Assembly (NCBI RefSeq): GCF_009914755.1
Contig: NC_060929.1
DNA from: the human T2T-CHM13v2.0 reference genome, Homo sapiens
Direction: 5' to 3' (one strand)
Length of the DNA: 64,000 nucleotides
Made by a program: the position numbers and the translations under genes. Shown here piece by piece: positions 13,364-29,358 of this stretch; positions within the stretch are counted from its first letter, which is position 1, and every line of letters starts with the position of its first letter. The notes under the pieces are model-generated. The model saw only the letters and a list, made by a program, of their open reading frames with translations. It did not search any database and was not told the origin of the DNA.

Positions 13364-15480
13364 TGATATGATTTGGATCTACGTCCCCACCCAAATTTTA
13401 TGTGGAACTGTAATCCCCACATGTTGAAGGTGGGACCTGGTGGGAGGTGATTGGATCATGGGGGTGGATTTCCCCCTTGCTGTTCTCGTGATAGTGAGTT
13501 CTCATGAGATCTGATGGTTTAAAAGTGTGTGGTACTTCCCCCACCTTCCTCCTCTGCCATGGAAAGATGTGCTTACTTCCCCTTCACCTTCTGCCATGAA
13601 TGCAAGTTTCCTGAGGCCTCCTAACCAGGCTTTCTGTTAAGCCTACAAAACTGTGAGTCAATTAAACCTCTTTTCTTCATAAATTACCCAGTCATAGGTA
13701 GTTCTTTATAGCAGTGTGAGAACAGACCAACACAGAAAATTGGTACCGGGAAAGTGGGACATTGCTATAAAGATACCTGAAAATGTGGAAGTGACTTTGG
13801 AACTGGGTAATGGGCAGAGGTTGGAACAGTTTGGAGGGCTCAGAAGAAGACAGGAAGATGTGGGAAAGTTTGGAACTTCCTAGAGACTTGTTGAATGGTT
13901 TTGACCAAAATGCTGATAGTGATATGGACAATGATGTCCAGGCTGAGGTGGTCTCAGATGGAAATGAGGAGCTTGTTTGGAACTGCAATAAAGGTCACTC
14001 TTGCTATGCTTTAGCAAAGAGACCGGTGGCATTTTGCCCCTGCCCTAGAGATCTGTGGAACTTTGAACGTGAGAGAGATAGTTTAGGGTATCTGGCAGAA
14101 GAAATTTCTAAGCAGCAAAGCATTCCAGAAGTGTCCTGGCTGCTCCTAACAGTGTACAGTCATATGTGTTCACAAAGAGTTGATCTGAAATTGGAACTTA
14201 GATTTAAAAAAGAAACAGAGCAGAAAAGTTTGGAAAATTTGCAGCCTGGCCATGTGGTAGAAAAGCAAATCCCATTTTCTGGGGAGAAATTCAAGGCTGC
14301 CGTAGAAATTTGCATAAGTAAAGAGGACCCAAATGTTAATAGCCAAGATAATAGAGGAAATGTCTCCAGGGCATGTCAGAGACTTTCACAGCAGCCCCTC
14401 TTATCACAGGCCCAGAGGCCTAGGAGGGAAAAGTGGTTTCATGGGCCAGGCCCAGGGCCCAGCTGCTCTGTGCAGCCTTGAGACATGGCACCCTGCATCC
14501 CAGTCACTCCAGCTCCAGCTATGGCTAAAAGGGGCCAAGGTATGGCTCAGGCTAAGGCATCAGAGGCTACAGGCCCCAAGCCTTGGCAGCTTCCATGTGG
14601 TGGTGGGCCTGCCAGTGTGCAGAAGGCAAGAGTTGAGATTTGGGGACCTCCACCTAGATTTCAGAGGATGTATGGAAAGGCCTGGATGTCCAAGCAGAAG
14701 TGTGCTACAGGGCAGATCCCTCTGGAGAACCTCTACTAGAGCAATGTGGAGGAGAGGAAATGTGGGGTTAGGGTACCCACACAGAGTCCCCACTGGGGCA
14801 CTGCCTATAGGAGCTGTGAGAGGAGGGCCATCGTCCTCCAGATCCCAGAGTGGTAGATCTACCCACAGATTGCTCCGTGCACCTGGAAAAGCTGCAGGCA
14901 CTCAATGCCAGCCTATGAAAGCAGCTTGAGGGGCTGTACCCTGCAGAGCCACAGGTGGAGAGCTGCCCAAGGCCTTGGGAACCCATCCTTTGCATCAGTG
15001 TGGCTTGAATGTGAGACATGGAGTCAAAGGAGATCATTTTGGAGCTTTAAGAGTTAATGACTGCCCTGCTGGGTTTCAGACTTGCATGGGGCCTGTAGCC
15101 CTTTTGTTTTGGCCAATTTCTCCCTTTTGGAATAGGAGCATTTACCCCATGCCTGTACCCCTATTATATCTTGGAAGTAACTAACTAGTTTTTCATTTTA
15201 CAGGCTAGTAGGGGGAAGGGAATTACTTTGTCTCAGATAGACTTTGGACTTGGACTTTTGGGTTAATGCTGGAATGAGTTAAAACTTTGGGGGACTGTTA
15301 GGAAGACATAATTGTGTTTTGAAATGTGAGAAGGGCATGAGCTAAGAGGAGCCAGGGTGGAATGATATGGTTTGGCTTCCTGTTAAGCCTTTCAAACTAT
15401 GAGCCAATTAAACCTCTTTTCTTCATAAATTACCGAGTCTCAGGTATTTCTTTATAGCAGTGTGGGAACAGACTAATACA
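13364..15480 (+). mobile_element. THE1D/MSTA-type MaLR element: 5' LTR, internal region and deleted 3' LTR
   Basis: 5' LTR 13364-13734, internal 13735-15362, 3' LTR 15363-15480; perfect TSD ATGTG at 13359-13363 and 15481-15485. Confidence 0.93.
13810..14739 (+). pseudogene. MaLR internal ORF remnant (223 aa plus in-frame 84 aa after one stop)
   Basis: ORF track 13810-14481 and 14485-14739 share a frame; MGRGWNSLEGSEEDRKMWESLELPRDLLNGFDQNADSDMDN is typical THE1/MST internal translation. Confidence 0.75.
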
Positions 15481-16318
15481 ATGTGCATAATTTGCATCCA
15501 TGCTTTGTACTGTTTATTACATGTGATTGTTCACATAATAATATATAATACTATTTGTATTTTAACCAATTTACTTAAATGATATTGTTCTGTATATATG
15601 CTTTTGAAACATGCTTTTCTTTGGACATTATGTTTTGTAGACTTATCCATGTTAATTCAATATACTTATTTCATTTTAACTGCTGTAAGTAATTAGCTAT
15701 ATGAATATAGCACAGTTTGTCTATTTACTACTCTATTGATGGATATGTTGGCCTTTTACAATTTTTTTATAATTATAAACATTGGCAAAATGAACATATT
15801 TACATACATTCCTTGTGCACATAGATGAAATTTTCTTCATTATGTATCTAGAAGTTGATGGGTCATGGAATATGTGCATTTTAAAATTAACTAGAGGTTA
15901 AGAAATGGCTCTGTAAACTCATTAAATGAATTAACAATATCATTAGCAATGTAGAAGCACTACCATTTCTTAACCTTCTTGCAAACTGTTAACATTATTA
16001 GATTTTAAATCTGATCTAATATATGTGAAGATAGTATCTAACTTTTAAAATTTGCATTTGCTGGTTTGCTGGATTGTTAGTGAGACTGAGCATCTTTTCA
16101 TTTGTTTATTGGACATTTGGGTTTTCTTCTTAGTGAATTGCCAGCTTTTATATCCTTTGTCCAAGTCTGTAGTATTAGGTTATATATTTCCTGATTTGTA
16201 GGAGTTCTTTAGTAAGTATGGATGGCAATTATCTATCAGAGTTGTGTGTTTCAAATATCTTCTTCCAGTTATTTGCATTTCTTTTATATTTTGAGTCATT
16301 TATTGTAAAGACTTCTAA

Positions 16319-16743
<425 letters not shown>

Positions 16744-16974
16744 TGATTTTTAACAGGCAGATTTTTCATTCATCTAGAGTTGAATTTTGTGTATGGTATG
16801 AGGTGGGAATCAAGTTTTTATTTTTCCTCATGGATAGCCAGTGGTCCTGGCCTCGTGTTTTGAACAATTTCACCTTTACTATGTATCTTTAATAGGTGTT
16901 GTGCGGTAACCTTGGCCTATCTGAAAATATGGATGAAGGAAATGTATTTGTTTTATTCCAGGAGGCTTGACACT

Positions 16975-17545
16975 ATAGTGTTAGTGATTTTCCAACTCCC
17001 AGGCACTTAAAAATTACTAGAGGAGCATGTTGAACATGCAGATTCCCAGGACCCACCACAGGTCACTCAGTCTGAACTTACCGGGTGGGGAGTCCAAGCA
17101 CCTGTATTTTTAAAAATTTCACTAGGTTTGGGGGAACAGGTGGTGTTTAGTTACATGGATAAGTACTCCCACCCTTCCCCTTGAGTGTCCAAAGTTCATT
17201 GTATCCTTCTTATGCCTTTGTGTCCTCATAGCTTAGCTCCCACTTATAAGTGAGAACATACAATGTTTGGTTTTCTATTCCTGAATTACTTCACTTAGAA
17301 TAATGGTCTCCATCTCCATCCAGGTTGCTGCAAATGCCATTATTCCATTCTTTTTTATGGCTGAGTAGTATTCCATGGGGTGTGTGTGTGTGTGTGTGTG
17401 TGTGTACCACATTTTGTCCACTAGTCGATTGATGGGCATTTGGACTGGTTCCATATTTTTGCAATTGCAAATTATCAAGCATCTGTATTTTTAACATACA
17501 TGAGTTTGGTGCAAATCACCTATAAATTACACTGAGAAACCTTCC
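16975..17545. mobile_element. MER5A-like MITE interrupted by an L1PB fragment
   Basis: CATGCAGATTCCCAGGACCCACC...CAAGCACCTGTATTTTTAA resumes after 17476. Confidence 0.6.
17112..17475 (-). mobile_element. L1PB-type 3' fragment with (TG)n microsatellite at about 17380-17404
   Basis: GGGGAACAGGTGGTGTTT...CTTAGCTCCCACTTATAAGTGAGAAC; TSD CAAGCAYCTGTATTTTT at 17095-17111 and 17476-17492. Confidence 0.85.
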
Positions 17546-17551
17546 TCTTAA

Positions 17552-17929
<378 letters not shown>

Positions 17930-19874
17930 GTGCTCTCTTTTACACGCACGTTCTTATAGTCATATGCGAAAGGATAACCCCTAACTCACTCCTTTAATGA
18001 GAATAGGAAGAATCTCAATCCTAAATTTTCTGTGATTGCTGTGGACCCTTTAATTCTCCTAAGCCAGATAATATTAATTAGGCCGGTAAAAAATGAACAA
18101 CAGGGAGTCCAGAGAGCCACAGTACATATGCCAGTGTTCTGCTCAATTTGACCATCCATCAGGAATATTTCATGCTGTTATCCCCTCTCTGTACAACTTT
18201 GCTGTTTCATGCCTAATCTGTGCTCTTCATTCTGGTTGGAGACCTCAAAGAAGTTTTACAACTTGGAAGAAGACCATGTAAACAATAATAATTCACCCAT
18301 AAGCACTTACCCTTGGTAGTGGTTTTCATTCCAGCAGGAATGAGCCACAGGGGCCGGCCTGTGTGGCCGATGATCTAAGCCCTTTCCTGGGATACCTAAA
18401 CTCCTCTTTACCATGGGGCCAGGCAGCCTTTTGTGTTTCAAAAGCAGGAAGATTGAGTTTCTCATACTTGCATGTATGTGTGTGTAAGGGGCAATGTGGA
18501 TGAGTTGCTGATGGTCACAAAGGTTTGTCTGCTCATTGTGAATGTTAAAGAACCCCGAAAAGGGATGTTTCTTAATGCAAGAGCACATTTGCTCCATTTC
18601 CTGGCACAGGGTTTAAAACTAGATAAAAACTCAAAAGCCTCACCTGGAATATTTATTTTTTGACTTGTAAGAGAGGGCCTATTTTCTCTTTTTCACTTTG
18701 AAGTATATGATTAGTTTGATACTGCGATGGTTCTGACTGTCAAGAGAGCACGTCAAATATATGCAAATCATTACAAAACATCTATTCTCCTTGTTGCTTT
18801 ATTTTCAGGCAAATTTCAGACCCCAAAATGAGAACAATGGAATAATGCCTCTCAGTATAATTTCTAGAAACCAAAGATTATCACTCTCAGAGCTCTTCCT
18901 TTGACTTGAGATGGGAAATCTGATCCTTTCCGTTGATGAGGATTGTCCTGTCTTTTAATAGGTTTCAGGGGAGATTAAATTTCCATTTTTTGTCTTTGTT
19001 TTGAGTATTACTAGCTCAGATAAGCAAGGCAGAGGGGCAGAGAGTGACTCGTGTGCACAAATATGACCCGTTGTTGGGAAACCGGTAGGAAATCCTAGGA
19101 AAAGGGTAATCTTTCTAACAGGTGCATTTCTCTTTGACTTATCTGAGTCTCTCTTGGGAAATGCTTTGCTGTGTGTTTGCCTGGTGTCGACAACACTGAG
19201 TCCACCTCCCTAGCCACAGATAAAATAGAGTTGTTCATTATTAACCTCTCAGACTTTGCACGGACACCTGCTTATGCAATTTAGCGATCCTTGGTGGCTG
19301 GAAACCCTTGGAGGTGCGGACTGTCTTCACATCTGCCAGGCAAACTGAGTGCCTGGCTTGGGTCACCTGTATTCATAGTTTTCCAATGCTGAGGTAGATT
19401 TTAAAGTGGTTACAGTATATATTACCTACAGTTATATGTACTGAGCAGTCATTGAGTACAAGATTGGAAAGTCAGATATGGTATTAATGAAGTCTAGAAG
19501 ACAGGCAAATATTTGGCTGGGATCTGTATTTATTATCTATCGCATTAAAAAGAAGCAGAACCAAGACTTAAAACTTAGGTATGTGTGATACTAAAGTCTG
19601 TATTCTTATCATTAAACTATATTGTTCCCCTTGGGATTCTAGGAAAGTCCTGTATAATTCATAATCAAAAGGACTGACTGACCATATCACCAAGAGAAAA
19701 TACCCTTATTTTTATATATGTAGCTTTTGCTACATATATAAAAGATTAAAAATATACATGGGATGTTAAATGTAGAATCACTGAAATCAGTGACCATAAG
19801 TGCCTGTTCATAATCAGATAACAGTGGGATTTTGTTCTCATTGATAACTACATAATCTGTTTTTATCTGTTTTA

Positions 19875-20144
<270 letters not shown>

Positions 20145-20407
20145 TTATGTTCATACAGTCAAGACATAGTGGATTTTCCTTATTAGTATATAAACATGTT
20201 CTTGTAACTCCAACATTAAGCAAAGAAAACTTTCCTTGACCTAGATCCTCCTTCAGCCACTGCCCCTTTCTTTCCCCATTCACAGTGTAACTTCCATAAA
20301 TACTCTCCATGGTCACCATCTTGACTCCCCACTGCCTTTCGTTTTCTCCTCAACCCACTCCATGTGGGCTTTTGACCCTCATTCACCCCTCACACACTGC
20401 CAAATCT

Positions 20408-21012
<605 letters not shown>

Positions 21013-21757
21013 CCCACACTGCTAAATCTAAAGGTTATTCTATATCTCATTTTTCTCAAATTCACAGCAGCATTCAGTTGACTTATCATTTCTTATTAAA
21101 GCATTTTTTTTTTTTTCTTGGAGGCTTTTCTCCTATCTTACTTGAAACTTCTACATTTTCTTTTGCTTTTTTTTCTTTTATTCAACTTTCAAATTTTGGC
21201 AAGTCCAAGAGCTTGTTCCTGAGACCACTTTTTTTCATCTTCACTTCCCTCAAGTAAGCTCATCTAATCCCATTTTGTTGTATACCACATATAAGCTAAA
21301 GCTCCCAATCTATACCTTTCACTCCAACCTCTGCTTTGAACTTCAGAGTCAAATATCTGGCCACGTACTTGCCATTTCTTCTTAAATATCTAATAGGAAC
21401 CCTAAACTTAATATGTCTTATTACAGCCTGCTGTCAACTTGCTTCTTCCTAAATTTTCTCCATTTCATTAAAAGACACCATTATCCACCTAAGTGCTCAG
21501 GAGTCATCCTAGGAGTCATCCCTAGGAGTCATCCTAGAGTTGTTCCTTCAGTCACTACATCTAATCCTTTAGCAGATACTGTTGACTTTACCTTTACATT
21601 TGAATCTGTCCACTTCTCTTCCTTCCTCCTGTTCCTACCGTAGTACAAGCTACCACCAACTTTCTTCTGGACTATTGCAATGGCCTCATCATTGGTTTCC
21701 GTGTTTCTCCCATTGATCCCTGCTACAATACATTCTCCCACATAGCAGCCAAAATTA

Positions 21758-22700
<943 letters not shown>

Positions 22701-22704
22701 TTGG

Positions 22705-22965
22705 CTTCTTCTATTCATCTGGGGCTCAGTGAAGCTTTCCATGACCACCAAGGTAAGGGAAAGTTGCCGGTGAAGTCCCGCTGTATCACTCTGCTGTACT
22801 TTGTTGTTGTACTATTCACAGATATTTTTTCTTTAGCCATTGTTTTAATGGTTTTCCCACTAACATGTGAGTTCTGAGGGGTAGGGACCTTGCCTTTATT
22901 ATTCACTGCTAAAATGGTAGCTGAAACACAGTAAATGCTCAATAGCATTTCATTGAATGAATGAA
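22705..22965 (+). mobile_element. L2 3' end
   Basis: CCCACTAACATGTGAGTTCTGAGGG...AAATGCTCAATAGCATTTCATTGAATGAATGAA. Confidence 0.7.
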
Positions 22966-23029
22966 GAGTGAATATGAATCCTCCACATTCCATCATAAGC
23001 TCATCTGGATGGTGATAATGAGAATGATG

Positions 23030-23270
23030 ATAAGATCACTACCATAAAAATAATACTCTGCTGGTGTTGTTATTGCTCAGGCACTTTAAGTGCCTTATCT
23101 CATTTAGTCCTCACAATTGCCTGTGCAGTAGATCCTTCTGTTATCCCCGTTTTACAGAGGGAGAAGCTAAGATACAAGGAGGTGAAGTAGCCGATGCCAT
23201 TTGGGTAGTAAAGAGTGAGCCAGGATTCAAATTCAGGTTGTCTAATTCCAGAACACTTGTTTTGAGTAAC
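23030..23270 (-). mobile_element. MIR
   Basis: ATCTCATTTAGTCCTCACAA...CCCCGTTTTACAGAGGGAGAAGCTAAG...GCCAGGATTCAAA. Confidence 0.75.
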
Positions 23271-23667
23271 CGGTAGTGAATTCATGATGGGAGAAAGGAG
23301 GCTGGTGGTTATATATGCGTATTTGTAAGTGAGCCAGCATAAGCTCTGTCTAGTCTTAGAATCAAGGCTCTGGTCCTCTCTCTTGAAGCCACAACTGACT
23401 TTTAACTAAAAATATGGAAGAATCTCCTCAGTGTTAAGGTCAGTATTTTGTTTCTGTGGCATCAGTCCTGATAATGGCAGCATTTTAAACCAGTGGAGAA
23501 AGGATAGATTAGTCAATAAATGGTGTTGACAAACTAATATTTGGAAAAATAAAATTAGATTTTTACTTTACGTAATAAATATAAACAAATTCTAAAAGAA
23601 TTAAGGATTTAAATTTGAAACATGAAACCATACACAAATATATTAGGAAAGAATATAGGTGAATATT

Positions 23668-24109
23668 GGCCAGGCTCGGTGGCTTATGCCTGTAATTCCA
23701 GCACTTTGGGAAGCCAAGGCAGGCAGATCATCTGAGGTCGGGAGTTTGAGACCCACCTGGCCAACATGGTGAAATCCCGTCTCTACTAAAAATACAAAAA
23801 TTAGGCCGGGCGCGGTGGCTCACGCCTGTAATCTCAGCACTTTGGAAGGCCAAGATGGGCAGATCACGAGGTCAGGAGATCGAGACCATCCTGGCTAACA
23901 TGGTGAAACCCTGTCTCTACTAAAAATACAAAAAAAAAAAAAAAAAAAAAAAATACAAAAATTAGCCGGGTGCGGTGGTGCATGCCTGTAATCCCAGCTA
24001 CTGGGGAGGCTGAGGCAGGAGAATCACTTGAACCTGGAGGCAGAGGTTGCAGTAAGCTGAAATCATACCACTGCACTCCAGCCTGGGCAATAGAAAATGT
24101 CTCAAAAAA
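23668..24109 (+). mobile_element. Trimeric Alu: AluS with a younger left-arm-only Alu (23804-23950) in its linker
   Basis: Left arm, second left arm with poly-A, then right arm; duplication AAAAATACAAAAATTA at 23788-23803 and 23949-23964. Confidence 0.88.
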
Positions 24110-25548
24110 TATATATATTTATATATATAACATATGTATGTGAATATTTAAGCTTGGATGGGAATGGCATTTCTAAGTGTGTTAGTATGTCCTAGCTGAA
24201 TCTGAATCAGGAATTTGGGTGCCTTTTGGTGATCTGGTGAGCCAGCATAGACAGTGCAAGGTAGGATCTGGAGGGTTAGGAAGTAATTCCTTCACCTGTG
24301 TTTGGTTCAGCCCTTTCTCATTGCCTTTTGCAGCTGTTCCAGCCTTCCCTGGACTCAGCAGATGATTCATCCTAATGTCCAGAAGAAAAATAGACCAGGG
24401 TTTTAAAGTATAAAATAATAAATCTCATCATTTATCCTTCTCATGGTTTTCAGAGAAAGTAGTGTTCATCTTCTTGACCTAAGCCAATCCTTCTACAAGT
24501 ACTTTAACATGTATTAATTTACAGTGAGAAATATTACTATGAAATACACAGGAATGCTCACATTAGCTCTTCAATGCATTCTCTCCCTGAAAGACAGTAA
24601 TATGGGAAGCCAAATGATGACCTAAAGGTTTCCTTGTGGGCAAGGACCTATCCAAGCCAAGGGTGTGAATGGGACGCTCTTAATGCCTGGGGCAGAGTGT
24701 GACAGGCTCAGGATCTAAGACTGCTACAGGGGTTGTGTCCACCAGGACCTAGAGAAACACTCTACTGACTGGTGTTAACCAGTTTAAAAGAAAAATAATG
24801 GTTTGTTTCACAAAATCAATATATGTACATTGTTGAACCATTAGATAAGGAACATGAATTAATATAAATAACATTCATAATGCTTTATTTCAAAATATGC
24901 CATGGCAAATACCTTGTATATCCTTTCTAGGCAAATGCCGTATATACCTTTTCTAGCCTTTTTCTCTGCACATCTGTTAAACTGCTTAATCCCCTTCTAA
25001 TTTGTTTCCTCCCCAAAAAGATGATTACCCTTATGAAAAATCACTCTAGGTAAACTGCCCGTATTGTTTGCCTCTCTAGCAGAGTTCAGCTTCTTATTTC
25101 AGCTTCTCTAACCATAAACAGTATGAGAAGACCTCTCTAGCTATAATTGTTTCACTTTTTCACTTCCTGCTTTTCAGAATTATTTCTTTGTAAAAACCCT
25201 TTGTATTGTAAACAAACAAAAAGCCAGAAACAGAAAATCTTACAAAACAAATATACAGTTTAATGAATTATTCTAAGGCAAACCCTTCCCAGGTCCACAA
25301 ACATAACTGAGCTGCCTCCTCCAGAAGGTCCACCCTGGGCTCTGTCCAATCCTACTCCTTCCTTCCCCCAGAAAGTTCCTGCTGGCCCGACTTTAATCAC
25401 TTCCTCATAGTTTAGAAAATAGTTTTATCACCCAAATATGTATTCCTATATACTACAGCTTGGTCTTTCCCTCTTAAAACAATTTCTTAAAAGATTCTTT
25501 AACAGATTTCTCACCATTCTTTTCTTTTCCTTAGAATTTATCTGTTGA

Positions 25549-25841
25549 GGCCAGGCACAGTGGCTCACGCCTGTAATCCCAGCACTTTGAGAGGCCAAGG
25601 CAAGGGGATCACCTGAGGCCAAGAGTTAGAGACCAGCCTGGCCAACATGGTGAAACCCCGTCTCTATTAAAATTACAAAAAATTAGCTGAGCATGGTGGC
25701 GGGTACCTGTAATCCTAGCTACTTGGGAGGCTGAGGCAGGAGAATTGCTTTAACCCCGGAGGCGGAGGCTGCAGTGAGCTGAGATTGCCCCTCTGCACTC
25801 CAGCCTGGGCAACAAGAGCGAAACTGCGTCTCAAAAAAAAA
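25549..25841 (+). mobile_element. AluSq-like
   Basis: AACAAGAGCGAAAC; perfect TSD AGAATTTATCTGTTGA. Confidence 0.95.
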
Positions 25842-26096
25842 GAATTTATCTGTTGAAAAATTAGAGGTACTCAACCCGTAGAGTTGCCCACGGTCTGGAA
25901 TTGGTCCATTTCGATCCCATGGTGCACTTCAGCGTGTTTGCCTATGTCCTTTTTATTTCCTGCAAATTGGCAACTGATTCAGAGGCTTGATCAGACTTAT
26001 GGCTGATCCCTTGGGCAAGACTATAAATGGTACTGCATTTCTTCATCAGGTGGCACATCAAGTTTGCTTGTCTCTTTTTTTTTGTAATGTTAGTAG

Positions 26097-26430
<334 letters not shown>

Positions 26431-26609
26431 GCCTCAGTCTTAATTCATTGGGGTTATAGGCTGCTGATGATTCTAGTTCTTTTTTCTCATTCATTCACTG
26501 GAATACTTTTTATTATAAAGAGGTGCTGTGCCTCATCTAATATTTGCTTACACAGTGGCACAATTCATATAGGAAAGGCAGAATAAATGCTTTCTCTTTA
26601 TTCATCAAG

Positions 26610-26917
26610 TTTTTTCTTTTTTTCTTTTTTTTTTTGGAAACAGAGTCTGGCACTGTCGCCCAGGCTGGAGTGTAATGGCATGATCTCAGCTCACTGCAAC
26701 CTCTGCCTCCCAGGTTGAAGTGATTCTCCTGCCTCAGCCTCCCGAGTAGCTGGGATTACAGGCGCCTGCCACCACGCCTGGCTAATTTTTTGTATTTTTA
26801 GTAGAGATGGGGTTTCACCATGTTGGCCAGGCTGGTCTCGAACTCCTGACCTCATGATCCACCCGCCTCAACCTCTCAAAGTGCTGGGATTACAGGCATG
26901 AGCCACCATGTCTGGCC
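26610..26917 (-). mobile_element. AluSg-like
   Basis: GAACTCCTGACCTCATGATCC (2-bp deletion type); TSD CATCAAKTTTT. Confidence 0.92.
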
Positions 26918-28082
26918 TATACATCAATTTTTAAGATAATGAATTGATTCCCTGTCATCATCAAAAACTGACTTAAAAAAAAAACAAAACAAAACTATGA
27001 ACTCATGGAGGTGTCTCATCATTAGGGAGGTGAGTCAGGTTGTTCAACAAGACCAAGGCTGTGGAGTCAGCCAGTGTTACTTCCTCTACATTCCATTGTT
27101 GAAAGCAAGTCCAGACACAAAGAGTGGAAGGATAGACTCCAGCTTTTGATGTAAGGAGCTGCAGAGTATTTGCCACCATTATTTAATCTGTAATATCTAG
27201 TTTTGCTGTAAATGCTTCCATGCTTTTTTGGTTTTCTGTTTCAGTGTGAGAATTCGAAGAGATTCAAAGACTATATCACCACCATGGTCTTGCCAGAATC
27301 TGCCCTCTGAGTCATTTCTTAATCTACTGATTATCTGTAGAACCAGCCTTATATAAACAAGGAAGCATCTAGCAGGTGAGGTGGCCACAACTTCTGCTCC
27401 TGATCCTCATGCGTGGCAGGCTTTGCCTCCATACTACTTGCATTACCTTGTAGACCTCCACGAAAGCCTCGAGTCCTTGTGCTTTCAGGCCCAGAAGGCC
27501 TTCTGGGTGCTCAAATGGTCCCTTCCATGCTCATTGTGCTAGGGCCACACTATGTTCCTAACAGAACTGTCCCTACTTCATGGGCACTCAGATCTGGTCC
27601 CTGGGGCCAGAAGCCTCTTACCATAACCTGTGTCCATTTCAGTCAATATCTACCATTAACTCCTTCCTGCCACCTCACCTCCTGAAGGCCTGTTTACCTG
27701 CAGACAAATAAAATCCCAAACTATATATTTGCTCCCAACCCACACTGGCTGTACGAGCCTGCCCAGTTCCAAACAGAGCCAAACTCTGAGTCCCAGTTCA
27801 GGCTCAACTGGGACATCCTAATACACGTAGAAAAACCATCCCCATCCAAGATCATATTACTATTTCCCTATATACTTTTCTGATAGCTTCATATATTATT
27901 TCATGTCATTGATTTACATTTAAACCCTAATCCATTTGGAATTTGTCTTAGTGTATTATAAGAAGTAAGAATCTAAGTTTTCCTCTAAATGAGTTGTCAG
28001 ATATATTTAGACTGCTTGTTGACTAAACTGTCTTCCCCAACTGATTTGAAATCATATCCCTATTTCATTTACTGAATGCTTA

Positions 28083-28142
28083 GACACACACACAGTGTAC
28101 TCTCTCTCTCACACACACACACACACGCACACATACACACAC
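28083..28142. repeat. Imperfect (CA)n/(CT)n microsatellite
   Basis: ACACACACA...CTCTCTCTC ACACACACACACACACGCACACATACACACAC. Confidence 0.9.
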
Positions 28143-28549
28143 TTGTGTCCACCTCTGCAGCTCTCACTGTGACGTGGGCTCTGAACTTCTGAGCCTCCCG
28201 ATGGCTGCCCCCAAGCACCACGTGTCACGCCATTACCCTTGCCACAAAATGGATTATGCATGTTACTCTTGTGAAGATAAGTCTCTCTGATTAGAGAAGA
28301 CTGATCATATACCTTCACTCCATCTTCAAGGAAGGCCAGGAATGTGGGGCAGCAGCTTCTCTGAGAAGTAGGACTTAATGAGGTAAGTAAGCAATGTCCC
28401 AGACTTGGAAACACCCAGAAGTTACTTACACTTAAAAGGACAGCTGTCCAGCAGATACATTTATTACATGGGCTTTAGGAAGTCAGCTGGACCTTATCAT
28501 ACAAGTGTGTGTCTTAAAGCTGAGAGACCTCTCTGAATCCAGACCTTGA

Positions 28550-28770
28550 ATTAATAGTCACTAACACTCACTCCATGCCAGGCCTTGTGCTAAGCTCTTT
28601 ACACACATTTTCCATTAGACCTCACAACAATCTTATGAAGTGTCTACTGTCATCTCCAGTATGTATTATTATCCCCATCTCACAACTGAGGAAACCAAGG
28701 CACAGAGAGGAAGTATCATGTTCTATATCATTCAGGTAGTAAGCAATAGGCATGGACTTGAACCCAGTGG
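28550..28770 (-). mobile_element. MIR
   Basis: GCCAGGCCTTGTGCTAAGC...ATCCCCATCTCACAACTGAGGAAACCAAGGCACAGAGAGG. Confidence 0.75.
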
Positions 28771-29004
28771 GCTGCGCATCGTTCTGCCTTTGACAAAGCC
28801 GTTTATTGTGTTGAAGACCAAATCCTGGTGCTGGGACACCACTACACTTTCCTCAGTTCAGAACTCAGTTCTGATGCCAAAACCAAAGAGAATTTTACAG
28901 GAAAATAAGGTCAACCAGATTTGAAAGAATCATCATGCATAGTTCTCTTAATGTTTTCTGAGATGAACGGGTTTCAGTACAAGGATGTTTTATTATCTTT
29001 GTTA

Positions 29005-29358
<354 letters not shown>

